Positions 11,940 to 24,780 of a stretch of DNA of 64,000 bases are shown here, piece by piece; positions within the stretch are counted from its first letter, which is position 1, and each line of letters begins with the position of its first letter. The stretch lies in the NCBI GenBank assembly GCA_053919585.1, contig CM132786.1; one strand, written 5' to 3'. The notes beneath the pieces were generated by a model. It was not told where the DNA came from. It saw only the letters and a program-made list of their open reading frames with translations, and searched no databases. This DNA comes from Euprymna scolopes. Taxonomy: Eukaryota. Both the position numbers and the translations under genes were made by a program.

Positions 11940-12640
11940 CACAAAAGGGGATATTCACAACAGTTTTGGTTTTAATCTTGCTCAATTTTGCATATTCTCA
12001 AGTTTTAAAGTCGATAGATAAGTGGTTAAATCATTCTACCGTTCCAGTAAATATCTCACTGCCGACGCAATCTTCTAGTTGTATAAGAGCAAAATACGTC
12101 CTAGGATGGAATAATGTTGCCACATATAGACAGAAACTGCACGGAGCTCTCATATTTCCTTAACAAAGTTCAAAACTGACTTCGCAACCTAGTAGATGAT
12201 GTATTTTTCTATTCGCCGCAACATCTTTGCCACAGAAAATATGTCTCGAGTTTGTCTCAATTCCATCGTTATTTCCATGGCAAGTGCCTGTCTGAGAACC
12301 AAAATATATTCTCCCCGTCAATATTTAAAAAAAACATTCGTCTAGCTTAACTCACTATCAGTAATTTTCTCTACTCTCTATGTGTGCCTTAAACTAAACG
12401 TGGGTTCTATGAACAAATCTTTTTTACTTGGAACTTCGCGCCGGTGGAACTCTGTTTCGCTGGTTTGCTTTTCAGATAACTAAAATATGGTTGTCTTCAA
12501 GTCAAACGAAAACAACTTCTGGTTGTACTGTCCTCTTAAATCTAATTATACCTAATATTCACGACTGCGCTATTGCCTTAATGATTAACAGACATACATT
12601 AACCCGTATACTCGATTGGTGACCTCCTATAAAGAAGGTG
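11940..12640 (+). mobile_element. CR1-like LINE 3' fragment, highly decayed
   Basis: Homologous to 6506-7350 (IRPRME*CCHI; WNSVSLVCF; VFKSN). Confidence 0.65.
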
Positions 12641-13395
12641 TTTTTGAGTACCACTTAATTCCGTATTAAAAATAATCTTTTGATAGCATTAGTTTAATAT
12701 CAGGAAAGGAGATTGAGTATGTGTTAGAATTCCTTGATTGTTATTATATATTTTTACATTAGAAAGCTACTCAAAGGGAAATATTAGTAAGTTGTACTGC
12801 GCTGATAAAACAAAACCGTCATGGTAGCTTGCGGATGAGATAGGACGGTATTTTTCTTTATTTAAGAGGACAGCTTCACAATAACTTCTTAATAATTAAC
12901 TTGCAAGTGATCATGTTGGAATCAACTGTAAAACAATTCTGAGGTTTAGCGTTCACCAATCGAGCATTTCTTGGAAGAAAACATTGTTAATTGAATGTCC
13001 GTTCAGTTTGAGGAACAAATACAGAGGAGAGATATCGTAAAAAATTGTTGTAGCTAGTGAAGTGTTTGTTGTGAATATTTTGCGAGAGGAGAAAATAGGT
13101 GAAACTCCACCGAGCCGTCACCAACAAGCCTATTAACTGGAAAATAACGTCAAGCATAGTCTGTCGAGCAGTTAGACTATCGATAGTGAATGACATTTTT
13201 TTATAAAAGTATGAAAAACATTTTCAAATATATTAAAAAAACAGAATTGATACTTTAATGTGTCCATGCACCCCATTATAAAAACTCAAAATAAAAATTG
13301 ATTTTTAAAAAGTTCTACTTTGTCCCTGCGTAAAAAATATCATCGAAGTTTGACATGGAGTTAAAAATTATATACATTCATTCTTTTATTGTGAA

Positions 13396-13835
13396 CTAGC
13401 GGCTGCGCCGCGTCGGCACACAAAACTCCGAGTCAAACACAAAATCGAGTACACTCAACATCAAGTACACTCAACATCGTCTTACGATCAACGCTTACCC
13501 TGTGAACTCGGGGTATGGGAAATCGCCATATTCACAAAACAAAATCACTGATAAACACAAATACACTAATTAAGGGTAAGGATAATGAGTGAACGTTGGA
13601 TAAAATGATGGTTAAAATTATTACGAACTTGCAATGATTCGAACATGGACTCCTTTGAGCCTAGTCAGATACGTAATCCATTGCGCCACAAGTCATGTAT
13701 GTACTCTGCTAGATGCTAACACGATTGTATACAACATTGGTTGACATGGACATGAACCGTTTACGAAACGACCCAAAAACACTTATTCCGAGCTTTTTGT
13801 GTACCCGGTGCTATTCTTTACGAACCATATATAGA
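13396..13835 (-). mobile_element. Non-autonomous Helitron-like element containing a tRNA-Arg-derived segment
   Basis: Minus strand begins A|TCTATATATGG and ends with hairpin gccgacgcggc-gcagccg-CTAG|T. 13624-13694 (minus) reads gacttgtggcgcaatggattacgtatctgactaggctcaaaggagtccatgttcgaatc, which is tRNA-Arg(ACG)-like. Confidence 0.6.
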
Positions 13836-13915
13836 TCAAGACAATCTAGGGACCAATACCTTTCAGGTAACGAACAATTTTTTCAGCTCGGTGCATCCGC
13901 TAAAGATTTTTATTC

Positions 13916-13971
<56 letters not shown>

Positions 13972-14147
13972 CCATAAATAAGGAGCATAGCATATTATTA
14001 CTAGTATAGATAATATGAAAACAATTCTTACATATTTACTCAAATAAAAGCATAAAAAATCAAGCAATGGCAATTACACATATATATATATATGCATATA
14101 TATATATATATGATGTTTCTCTCTCTCTATATATATAGAGAGAGAGA

Positions 14148-14207
<60 letters not shown>

Positions 14208-14435
14208 TCTGTCTAGTAATTTCTTCATTTATCGATTTTATTATTTACAGCTTAATTGTAATAACACACAAACTCATAAACCAATTAACGGTTTTACATA
14301 TATTTAACGAAACAAATGGTTTAAAACCTATTATGTTCGTGGATGAAATATTACATTTGCCCTACGTTATAACAGTTAATTTTTCCTTCCTCTTTTTGTA
14401 CAGGCACCCTTGTTTTTTTATCAGTCCATATAGCT

Positions 14436-14515
14436 GTCACGTTAATGCAGTGGCAATGTCACCAGCTTTGAATGCAACAGTTTGGTTATAGGTTTCAATT
14501 CTCGCTTATGAGACC
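14436..14515 (+). pseudogene. Degenerate tRNA-like sequence (SINE head?)
   Basis: A-box-like taatgcagtgg, ctTTGaat anticodon-loop-like, B-box-like ggtttcaattc; lies in a (TA)n-flanked insert. Confidence 0.3.
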
Positions 14516-16599
14516 AAAAACGTTTTGCTTTAATTTTGAAATCACGACTCCCTGATAATATATATATATATATATATGAAATCTAGACCATTTAAAATAT
14601 CATATATAGGCGTGTTTTACGATCGGGAAAAGCCGGGTGCACTACGGTAGTAGATAAATATTTATAAAAGCACATTTTCTTTCTATTTACAAGAGAAAAT
14701 TTTTAATCGGCAAAACTTTTGCACACAACATAAAAATCTCATGTGAAAACATTTTTCTTGTGAAAAATTCGTTATCGCTTCTTTAACTTCTGCTCACGGG
14801 ATCCTATCTCATATTTTACAAACCATGACGTGCTGATATTTAAACGGAAATATAATTTCTTTGAAAAGAAAAGGTGTTTAAATGCGAACGAATGATCCAG
14901 AGGGAAAACTCCATTGGAAAATAGTTATTAAAACCGTTTCGTGTTTATATATTATTTAAGCTACGCGAGATTGTATGCTGGTGAAGACAGAAATTGCGCG
15001 CACAATGATTGCTGCAGAGAATAAGAACCTTTGTCTGCTATAAATAGTTAAAGTAAACTATCTTTTCGATTCAGTAGCAACATAATGTGATCCCAAACGC
15101 TCATAGCCCTCTGCAAACACGAAAAAGACTTGCATATTTGATATTTCAAATTCAAACGAACATGTTGAAGTTGGCATAAATGGAAACTATCATGCAATGT
15201 TTATATCAAAGATAACAACACGCGATTCTCCTTAAAAAAGAAAAAAACTTCACTAAATATATCAATAACAAATGGCTTTCTATCCAAATATAATCATCGA
15301 TTATTATATTTTCGTAGCTCCTATATAATCCAACTAACAAAATACTCACCTAGCATAGATAAAATTAATTTCTCTAAAAGAAGTGTTTTATAACAAATTA
15401 TGTCCCCTTTAAGATTAAATCAAAATATACTACAACGCATCTAATAATACTAGCGGCACTCACACTAGACGGGCTAAAATACGTCCGACTGAAATATAAA
15501 TGACATCATGTCTGAGGTCCTAACAAGAAAAATCGGTTGAACAGTCAGGCTGTCGATAATGAATGAGAGTTTTTTTACAAATATTATATACCGGGGTGCG
15601 GGTACGTGAACTGCATCTATTAAACAGATGTCTCTTTGATAGTGTGATATATACAGGGTGTCGTCTAGTGGTTAGATTGTATGAGAGTGTATATATGTGG
15701 GTATATACATGTCACAATCATCTGTGTGTCGTATGTATATATGTGTGTTTGTCCAAGATCGCCCAGCGTTTTGATTATCTATCTAGATCCATGATATGTG
15801 GGTGCACATTTAAATACAGTTTATGGCGGGACAATTATATGCATAAATATATTTACAACTGAAAGGGCGAATAAGTTATTTTTGGAGTTTCCACATCTGA
15901 CCCATCGGGAACATATCTCGTCCATCTTTGGTCTTATTTGACAGTAGGCTGCAATAGATATTCTTCCCAAGGAACAACAGAGCCTAAGGTTTTATTTTCG
16001 ACAACTTTTTTCATTACAATGTTATTTCGTTTTAAGAAATTACAAAACTGATCATGATTATCCGCATTTCTGACTCCTCTGTAATCGGGGCCATCACGAC
16101 CTGAAGACCGTCTCTGAACCTCTCTCGACGCTGACTAACTTAACTGATTTCCACGTCTCTTTAAAAGACAATGCCCTCTTTTAAATGACGTCATTAGCAT
16201 ACGTTACTAAGATAATTATCTGATGTTTTCACATATCATTATTTCTACGTTGTCAACTATGTTATGATAATATTTTTAGCTTACATTTCTAAATCAGTGT
16301 AAATAAATATTTATTCTAAATATTTAATTATAATTAAATATATTTCAGACGACAATACATTTTGGCTTCAATAATCATAATCGTCGACCAGTACACCTTC
16401 GACGTTGTCCTGCAATTTTTAACGCAGCAACATGCATTTAATTAGCAGTTGGTTTCTTCTCTTGTGCTTTTAAAGTATCAAATTTGTTTCGCATTTTAAT
16501 TAAGCATCTCTATTTGGTCTTATTGTCGTGTGATCGGGACGACGATTTGCAAGGTTGTCTAAATGAAGTTTTAGTTTTGTTCGCTTGTGGTTAACACTG

Positions 16600-19500
16600 G
16601 AGGAACCTCTATCTGCACTAAAGAAGACCAAGAATCGTAAAGCAGCATATTTAGATGACATTCGTCTAGAAGTCGGGAATAAAAGCGGCTAAACTGACAT
16701 CCTTCCTAGTTCTTGCATGTTGTATATAATCAAGAGATTATCCATGTATGGAGAAAAGGATGCATACATTCGTTTCCCTTAGAAATGTTTCATAGGCATA
16801 CTAACAACTACAGATATATAATACTCACTCGAATTGCAGGAAAAATAAACAATGGCATCTCTGCACTGTTCAACAATTTCAATGCTCGAGGGTTAAGCAG
16901 AAGTGCTACTCTCCCGATAGTACTATTCGTCGAAGTCTTCCATGCTGACGCTGATACAAGTGTCCAGATTTTACCAATACCATGATACTTTATTTCCAGG
17001 TCGTCGTGGAAAATACGGTGCTCTTGAATAGAGAAAATATCGATATCGTAGTCTTTAGATGAAGCAAGAATATCTGATATTTGAGATGTGGGTTGAAGCT
17101 TACGTAAATTAAAGCTAGATATTTTTATGTCATGATTACTCTTAGTACGCTTGAGTTTTGGTATTATAGTAGACTTGTCGATCACTGTGCCCGGTATTGG
17201 TAACCAAGGTCGCGGACATTGGTGACCCCTGCGACGATCGATGCGGTATGGAATTCAGGTTTGATTTAGATTTACATTGAATCTTTCGATGGCTCGTATA
17301 GTATCACCTGTGTAAACTACGTCCCACATGAAAGGCAGTAATCTCTCAATTAGATTGGTTGACCCTGGTCGTTGATTAATAGTTGAATATTCTGCTCAGC
17401 GTCTTTTGTGCCCGGTTGTCGACTTTCCTTTTTGATTTTCGGCCACAGTAATACTGTTCCCCATGGCATAACCAGTTCAGCTTGTACATCAGTCTATCAG
17501 CCATAGTGTGTCATACCTTTTTACCGGAGACTATATTCTCATTTTTACACAAGTTAAGTATGAAATGGGAAAGTTTCTCTTATCCGACGGTATAGCCTAA
17601 TGAAAGAATCCTGGACTGTTGCCTCCTCCGGACAAACTATGACGTGCCATTTATAATTAATTAGTTATCGGGAGAGGCATGCATGCGACAACAACAAGCA
17701 TAGTTTTTCCTTACATGACTACACAAATCGCAACGTGGAACATCTTCAACCTTTTCTCTCCGATAGCAAACTTCACTGTAAGAATACCATTTTCGAAAAG
17801 ACCCGGTAAGTTCTGGACCCATGAAAACCCGAATCGAGTCCAGGAACAGCTGAATTATATTTTTATTATTAAGAAATGGATCAGCTGTCATAATTTTGAA
17901 GCTTTCATCAGTTTTTATGGTGTGTCCATTTATCATAATTGATATTAAGTACACAGGCGAAAAAAATTTAAAAGTTCATTTAGGCAATCCTACAACCGCT
18001 AAGGCGGTCACATGGAAATCAGACTAAACAGCGTTTCATAATTAAACTACGAAAAATATTTGATGCTCAAAAAAGCACAAGAGACAACACCAACTGCTAA
18101 TTACACCTATGAAAACTTTGTTCGATCATACCAAAAAGAAGCAAAGGTGTATATGCCTCTGAAGCCCAAGGTAAAGCAAGAAGTAACGTAGGAAAATGAC
18201 TAGATATTATCAAACCTTAAGAGTTAAAAAAACAGTAGCTGGAAACATTACAAGTACATCAGAATACAAAGATAAGCAGGAAGTTAATACGAGGTACTTA
18301 TCAGAACAACAGAAGTATGATCAATAAGGAAAGGATCATACATAGAATGCTGACTTGGCAAGTCGTAAATGAAATATGTGGGCGTAAACATTCTGCTAAA
18401 GTCAAGTTAAAGGAAAATGCACGATCGAAATGGAAAACATACTTCTAAAAACTACGTGTAAACGAACCAGTAGTGACAAATCAACTATTTCAGCCGATTG
18501 TTGGACAAAAACTTGGTATTGAGAAAGGGGAGTAAATAAGGGAGGAACTTCTATCCGCACTAAAGAAGACCAAGCATCGTAAAGCTGCATGCTTAGATGA
18601 CATTCCTCTAAAAGTCTGGAATAAAAGAGGCTTCACTGACATCCCTGTTGAATCTTGAGATACTGTATATAATCAATAGGTTATTCATTAAAAAGATGAA
18701 CTAAGCATACGAAGCAACAACAGCGGAATAAAACTCAATCCAATTGCAGGTAAAATCAACAATGCCATGCTGTTCAACCGTATCCCACCAAAGATTTTTA
18801 AAATGCTCAGAAAGAACCAGGATAGATTAAGGAAGGCTCGTTCTACTATTGGTAAATTCGTATTATCAAAAGAATAAGCGAACGAGTTAAAGCCGAAAAT
18901 CTTTAGGCAGATATGTTCCATGTAGATTTATCCAAAGCGTTTGACTTTGTACATAGAGGAAAAATGTCCAGCAACTTAAATTCATATGATATTCCAAACA
19001 AAGTCATTAACGCTAGACACACAAGCAATGGTCAGATCGCAAAATTGTGACAGTGAATTATTTGCCCTTCGCGCGAGGATTCTTAAATAAGACACTCTGA
19101 GCCCTTTTCTATCATAACTGTGTATTTGGCACCTCTTGTAATGTAAACAGACCAAAGGGTTCACCTTAAACAGATCCAGAAGCGCAGGCGTCATCCATTA
19201 GTACACAAAACTAACGCAGATTGCGCAGACGATGTTGCTGTGAACGCAAATAACACTGCTGATTCGCAAACGCTTTTACGTGAGTTAGAAAATCTGCAAA
19301 TGACATTGGTTTTACATTAGTGCATATGAGAAAAAGTTTGACTTTCAATGTGAAAGTGGGAACTCGAAGCTCTGTGTGAAACTTCACTGAAAGAAGTCAC
19401 TGAGTTTAGGTACCTGGGCAGAACGTAGTTTCTACCGAGAGAGATATTGAAATTAACATCACAAACGTATAGGCTGCATTGGATGAGTTGTGTTCAGTAT

Positions 19501-21190
19501 GAAATGCAAAGCTAATTGAAAAACTGAAAAGCATTCAGAGCATCGATGGAAGCTGTCCTTGTTTACGCGGTTAGAACATGGACACACACCAAAAAATTGA
19601 CAAAAAGCTAGACGACACGTATACCCTTATGTTACGAAGTTGACAAGAAAGTTCTTGCAGTTTCTTTTTTCACTTTTAAATTCAGATTAAAATATCTCAG
19701 CTAAACAGATAAAATATATCGAAATAAGCACCATCAGAATCAACAATTTTTCCTAACCCAAAACAATTATATTTATGCCTGCTACGTAAAATTATTGCGC
19801 TCTGGTGACAACGAAATTGCTGAAGGTTTTTGTTTATAGCGTTTAGGTTTTTAAAACATATCCCACGCATACATGTGTCGAGATACTTGAAAAAGTGGTA
19901 GTAAATAGGTGAGTGGTCTGGAAAGTTTTGCGGATGAGACAGAGTTCCGTTACCTAATTCATACAACTTCGGCAAGGTCGGTTTAGCAAAGTGCGATCAG
20001 GCATTGCCGGGAAAGAAAAATAATCTGTTTCTATTTACTGGATGTTGTCGAAGTTAATGATGCATTTCATCCCTTTTTTTACAGTACTTATCCGCTGTAA
20101 TGGTTTCGCCTGCATTCACAAAAAGTGCAGTAGATCAGATTGGTCGCAGACCAACAGTATGATCTTTTCTTGGTGTTACTCGTCGTGGAGTTTTGTCGGC
20201 GTCTAACCAATGAAGTGAGCGTCGCCGATTGTCGGGAATAACTCGCTTTCCATCGCAAGTTACAACCTGCTCGGGAAACTGTTTTTTTTTCCTCCTGCTA
20301 AAAGCTAACAATTCACAACGGCGTTTCTTTTAGTGGTCCAATTTGTGAGGCACCAATTTATCATTTACTTTTTGTCTTTCCAATCTCACTCAAGTAGTTG
20401 GAATTCGTCGTATACGTTACATCTAATTCAGAAGCAAGTTCTCGGACAGTTGCGTTAAAATTGGCATCGTCTATGGTTCTTAATTGATCGTTGTAAAAAT
20501 TCAATGATCGGCGAATACTCTTATCATCTTTAAGACTCTTGTGGCCACTAAACATTTCCTAAATAATCATTGTGCTCTGCGTTCAGTAGGGTCTGTGCGC
20601 TTAAATGTCTCATTCATATTGTGAGCTGTTTAAGCACGTTATCAGCTTTTGAATTGAAATAAGAAAATTGTGAGAATTAGCTTTTTTTTTAATTATGTAT
20701 TCAACGTTCTAAAAAGAAGACATACTTGTTTTAAAACGATTGTAGTTTAAACGATTAGATAGAACGAAAAACACTATTTAAAATGATATATACTGCAAAG
20801 GTATTATACCGAAAACTTATTTAAAAATATGTCATCATACATCTAAATTAAAACATTTCGCATTAACCTTCTTGTTAACCTTATATATCTCGGCAAGGTC
20901 ACCCGACGAAGCAGCAAGTTTTAAGTACCTTACCTGCCATTTTACTACCATAAGTGAGTGACGTCTATGGTTTGCCTGTCAGCGCCAGAGGAGCAAGCAA
21001 GACCCAGCGAAAAAATGAGTTGCTGTGGACTCCACCGCACGAGCGCATAAGCATATAACGACCTAGATCAAAATTGTACATGACGCCAACTGCAATCATG
21101 AAGATATGAGGCAGATGACAGAAGACAGTAAAATCTAGAGAGAGAAAGAGCGAGAGAGAGAGGGAGAGAGAGGGAGAGAGAGAGAGAGTC
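16600..21190 (+). mobile_element. RTE-like LINE (APE + RT), decayed, with inverted 5' segment and nested mariner
   Basis: APE N-terminus on the minus strand (16860-17185: SFNLRKL..DIFSIQEHRI..NSTIGRVALLL). APE C-terminus and RT on the plus strand from about 17655 (GKFWTH..QLNYIFI; VDLSKAFDFVHR; ADCADDVAV; EFRYLG). Resumes after 20885 (LLWTP) and ends in (GA)n at 21137-21188. Confidence 0.8.
19635..20883 (-). mobile_element. Mariner transposon, full-length size, decayed
   Basis: Imperfect TIRs cgaagttgacaagaaagttcttgc / gcattaaccttcttgttaacctta with TA flanks; 1249 bp. Minus ORFs: SLKDDKSIRRS..TVRELASELDV (HTH) and HPQNFPDHSPIYYHFF (YSPDLAP-like). Confidence 0.85.
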
Positions 21191-21879
21191 GCATTTGTAC
21201 GGGCAAGAATCTCGGCCATATAGATAGATTGTCGCTTTTCTTTTGCTTATTATTCGTATTAGTATACTCACATTTCTCTTTTGATTCTCGTATTATTCGA
21301 AATATTATACTCATTTTTCTATATTCTTGTAAATTATATCACGATAATGATACATGTAATGAAATTTCCTACGGCAAACGAATGCCAGGTTGGCCCTCTA
21401 GTAAACTATAAATATCAATTGAATACGGATATAAATTACAAACAACAATTATCTATCTGAATAGATACAGTCTCAAACATCAATTCCGAATATAAATTGT
21501 TTGTAATCATTGGCGTATCACCGACATATCTTTCGGCTATCATAATAACATTTCGGGACACATAATTAATGTATAAATTAGATCGACAAAATGTCGGTAC
21601 AAAGTACACGTGTTCTTCTTCAAGCTTATGTATTCATAGCAAATACCATAACATTTATGGCGACCATATGTTATTTCAGGAATGGAAACGCGCAAATAGG
21701 GTTATATTATGAACATTTATGGACAAGATTTTTTGTGTGTTGCAGGTTTTCCATGCATCCGACAAAGAAAATAACCTTATTCGGTCCCGCCATAATTAGT
21801 TGCATGGTGTGCGCCGATACGCAAATGGGGACACGTTTTTCTTGCTTAAAGTCTCACTTGCCATGAGATAGAAAATCCC

Positions 21880-22420
21880 CGTTCAGAAGTCACGTGGTTT
21901 CTGCGACATTCGTCTGGGATCAACACTTACTTGCAACTTAGAGAAAAGCGGTTACTGTTTTGGAACATGTCTAACGGATACTATTTAGTGAGTTTAGAAG
22001 CAAAATGTCTGTTCGAATTACATGTAACTGTTAAGATATTAGTACAGTAAAGAAAGGCAATAAATGAAAGAGTATTCCACTATCTGGCAGTTAGAGTAAA
22101 TCAATTAAAGTACGAGTTTATAGAACGTATCTTATTAAAGTACTTGTGTAACAGGTACAGGGACGCAAAGTTTCGGTAATTGGGACAAAGATTGGATCTA
22201 GGTTGATAGAACAGGTTCTATGGTATCAGATACTATTTTTCTTTTAAAAACCTGTCTTAGGGATGAGGGACTAATGATATATGCATCAGCAGTATAAAAT
22301 AATCTAGGCATTGGCGACTCGTGATTTTGTAAGTTGTTTGATTTTGCATAAACTCGTCATTTTAAACAAAGTTGAGGAAGAGTACGCTACACATAAGGTA
22401 GCGGATAGAACAGGAATCAC
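21880..22420 (-). mobile_element. CR1/L2-like LINE 3' remnant
   Basis: Minus translation FTLTAR*WNTLSFIAF..CNSNRH resembles the other CR1-like ends. Confidence 0.45.
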
Positions 22421-22510
22421 TTCCATTTTATTATCTGAAGAATTTCATAATATGATATTAATTTAAAAACAGGTTATATTTTTAGCATTATGAGTCAGCT
22501 AACACAGATT

Positions 22511-22559
<49 letters not shown>

Positions 22560-22563
<4 letters not shown>

Positions 22564-23400
22564 ATTTTATTTTTAGGGGTTAAAATCTTTATTATAGATG
22601 TTAAAAAAGGAAGACTGAGTTTTTTTATTTTGTATTCATGGTAAAAGGACTGAGGGAAAATATATTATAACTAAGTATCGGGGTAGAGTCAGCCGACCGG
22701 GTGTTGCCCTCACTTTTCAAAGCTGAATCGAGGATCGTTTTGTTTGTATAGGGAAACGAAATCAAACGGTGGAACGACAATAATAAAATCAAACTATCGA
22801 AATAAAATAGGGGAACGACTAAAATAAAACTATCGTTATGATAATTATATAATGGAGAAGAAACGCTTGTGAGACTAATCACGTCCAGACCCAAAAGACG
22901 ATCCCTTTGCTTATAGAGGGAATGATCTCTTTAAACGGATGTAAATAATCTCCAAGACCTTCAGATGAAATAATGAATAAGTGTTACTTAAAAAATGAGT
23001 CACTGGTGAAATTCCTTGCACATCGCGGATTTTTTACCATATGGTTCGTTATAGCAGAACCATACGTATTGCAGAAAATGTCCGTTGGTTGGTAGATTTC
23101 ATTCCTGATTTTTCTGGGAGCATGTTGTTGGACGCGACCATCTAACCTAAGGGTACTACTGCTGACGTACTTGGCACTGCAACTACATTTAAATTGACAA
23201 ATGACATTATTCATGATGGAGGGTGCAGAACGTTTATTTTCCATTTTTAAAACGGAGTTAATCACATCCAGAGAGTGCAAATTATTGGACAACTTATTGG
23301 TGATAGCTTTTAGTTCTTCATCCAATTTATATTGTGAACAAACTATGAGGCAACGATGTGGTAAGGTCCAAATAAAATTACACTTTCGTTTATAAGGGAA
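22560..23400 (-). mobile_element. Penelope-like GIY-YIG endonuclease fragment plus 3' end
   Basis: ORF 22984-23325: NNVICQFKCSCSAKYVSSSTLRLDGRVQQH..SAITNHMVKN; ends at (TA)n 22515-22556. Confidence 0.75.
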
Positions 23401-23579
23401 GAATGAATCTCAACCTGTATACAGCCCCGTAAACGTTGGTTTACGGTAAATTGATGTATGAAAACTTGATGAAGTTTTCGTTATCAATACACAAAGGTCC
23501 GCTTAAGAAGAAATAATTTCTCCCACACAGGTATAATTTTACACAAGATGAATTTTGTTGAGTAAAGTGAAGAATTCCC

Positions 23580-24648
23580 GTTATAAGAAGGAAAATAAAC
23601 AATTTTTCTCAAATAAAAACTAAGATGGCGACTAAATGTCCAATTTACAATCGTTTACCTTGATTAGTGACAATAATGAAAAATCCGGCAGACAAATAGG
23701 CACAGCTGTTGAACATTGGTATTTTGCGTCCAAAGTACGTGTTGTGTTTTCGAAAAAAAAATTTTGGGCATCCTCTCGAAAGGACGTTTTGCAATATAAT
23801 CAACCAACGGATGTGTTGAGTAATACGCATGGTTCCGCTATAACGGATCATTTGCTTAAAAATTCGCGATATGCAATGCATTTCAGAAGTGACTCATTTT
23901 CTATTCTAAGTCACGCTCAGTCGTTACTTCCTCTGAAGGTCTTGGGTTTGTTTACATATCCCTTTCTCTCTGTGAGCAAAGGGATTGTAAATTGGGTCTA
24001 ACGTGACTAGTATCTAACCTCTATAACACGATAAGCCGGTCAATGAGGTGTAACTGGCTTCACATGGTATACTAAATGTCTAAAAAGTGGTCTCATGAAA
24101 CATAAAGATGGTCAGTCATTAGAGTCTGTGTATCAAGAAAAGCATACCTGAGATGTTGGATGTGCTGTGTGGCTCCTTCTTCTCCCAGGAAACTCTTGAA
24201 CTCTTCACTCTGGTGGTGTTCTGATCGAAATTTTAATATCTTCGTCGTCAGGGCCGCTTTTCGACTTAAAACATTTATGAAGGTATTTATGGCAAAGAAA
24301 AACGACACGCGATCATGGCCAAATCAACACGGCCAAGCTGTAGTGTGTGTTAGAAACAGTGGCACTGAGAAATAGTGTCACACTCTCCATTGTATTATTA
24401 ACATTATTGTAGTCGTACCCTGCCCTTTTTGTTTTGTTTTGAATAGTTTGATGTTATTATAGTCCTTCCCCCGTCTGAATTCACTTTCCTACACAAAAAA
24501 AAACTCGATTCGGCTTTGAAAAATGAGAGCGAAACCCGGTCACCTTATTTAGTTAATTTCTTTCACCCTCCATTAATCCATTAAATGTTTTCCCCCCGTC
24601 TTTCTTTTTACCATGGATACAAAAAAAAATCGGTCTTTATTTTTATAG

Positions 24649-24650
<2 letters not shown>
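23580..24650 (+). mobile_element. Penelope-like GIY-YIG fragment plus 3' end, diverged inverted partner of 22560-23400
   Basis: ORF 23636-24001: QPTDVLSNTHGSAITDHLLKN..SDSFSILSHAQS..LKVL; 3' region shares ctcgattc.gctttgaaaa.tgag.gc.a.acccggtc; ends at (TA)n 24652. Confidence 0.7.
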
Positions 24651-24689
<39 letters not shown>

Positions 24690-24716
24690 TATTAATTTTA
24701 TTTATACAAACATTAA

Positions 24717-24780
24717 TGGCTACATATGTGCATACATGTTTCTGTAATCACCCACGTTGGGGGATTACGTCTTCAGGCCA
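24717..24780 (-). ncRNA. Type I hammerhead ribozyme (inverted copy of 27775-27838)
   Basis: tggc-CTGAAGA-cGTAATC..GATTACa-GAAA-CATGTatgcacATATG-TA-gcca on the minus strand. Confidence 0.85.

Noticed and set aside
17430-17650. Possible HDV-like or twister ribozyme in the RTE 5'UTR
   Set aside because: Partial motifs exist (gcctcctccgg; acagt-att-actgt hairpin), but I could not assemble the nested pseudoknot on either strand. An RNArobo or Infernal scan would decide.
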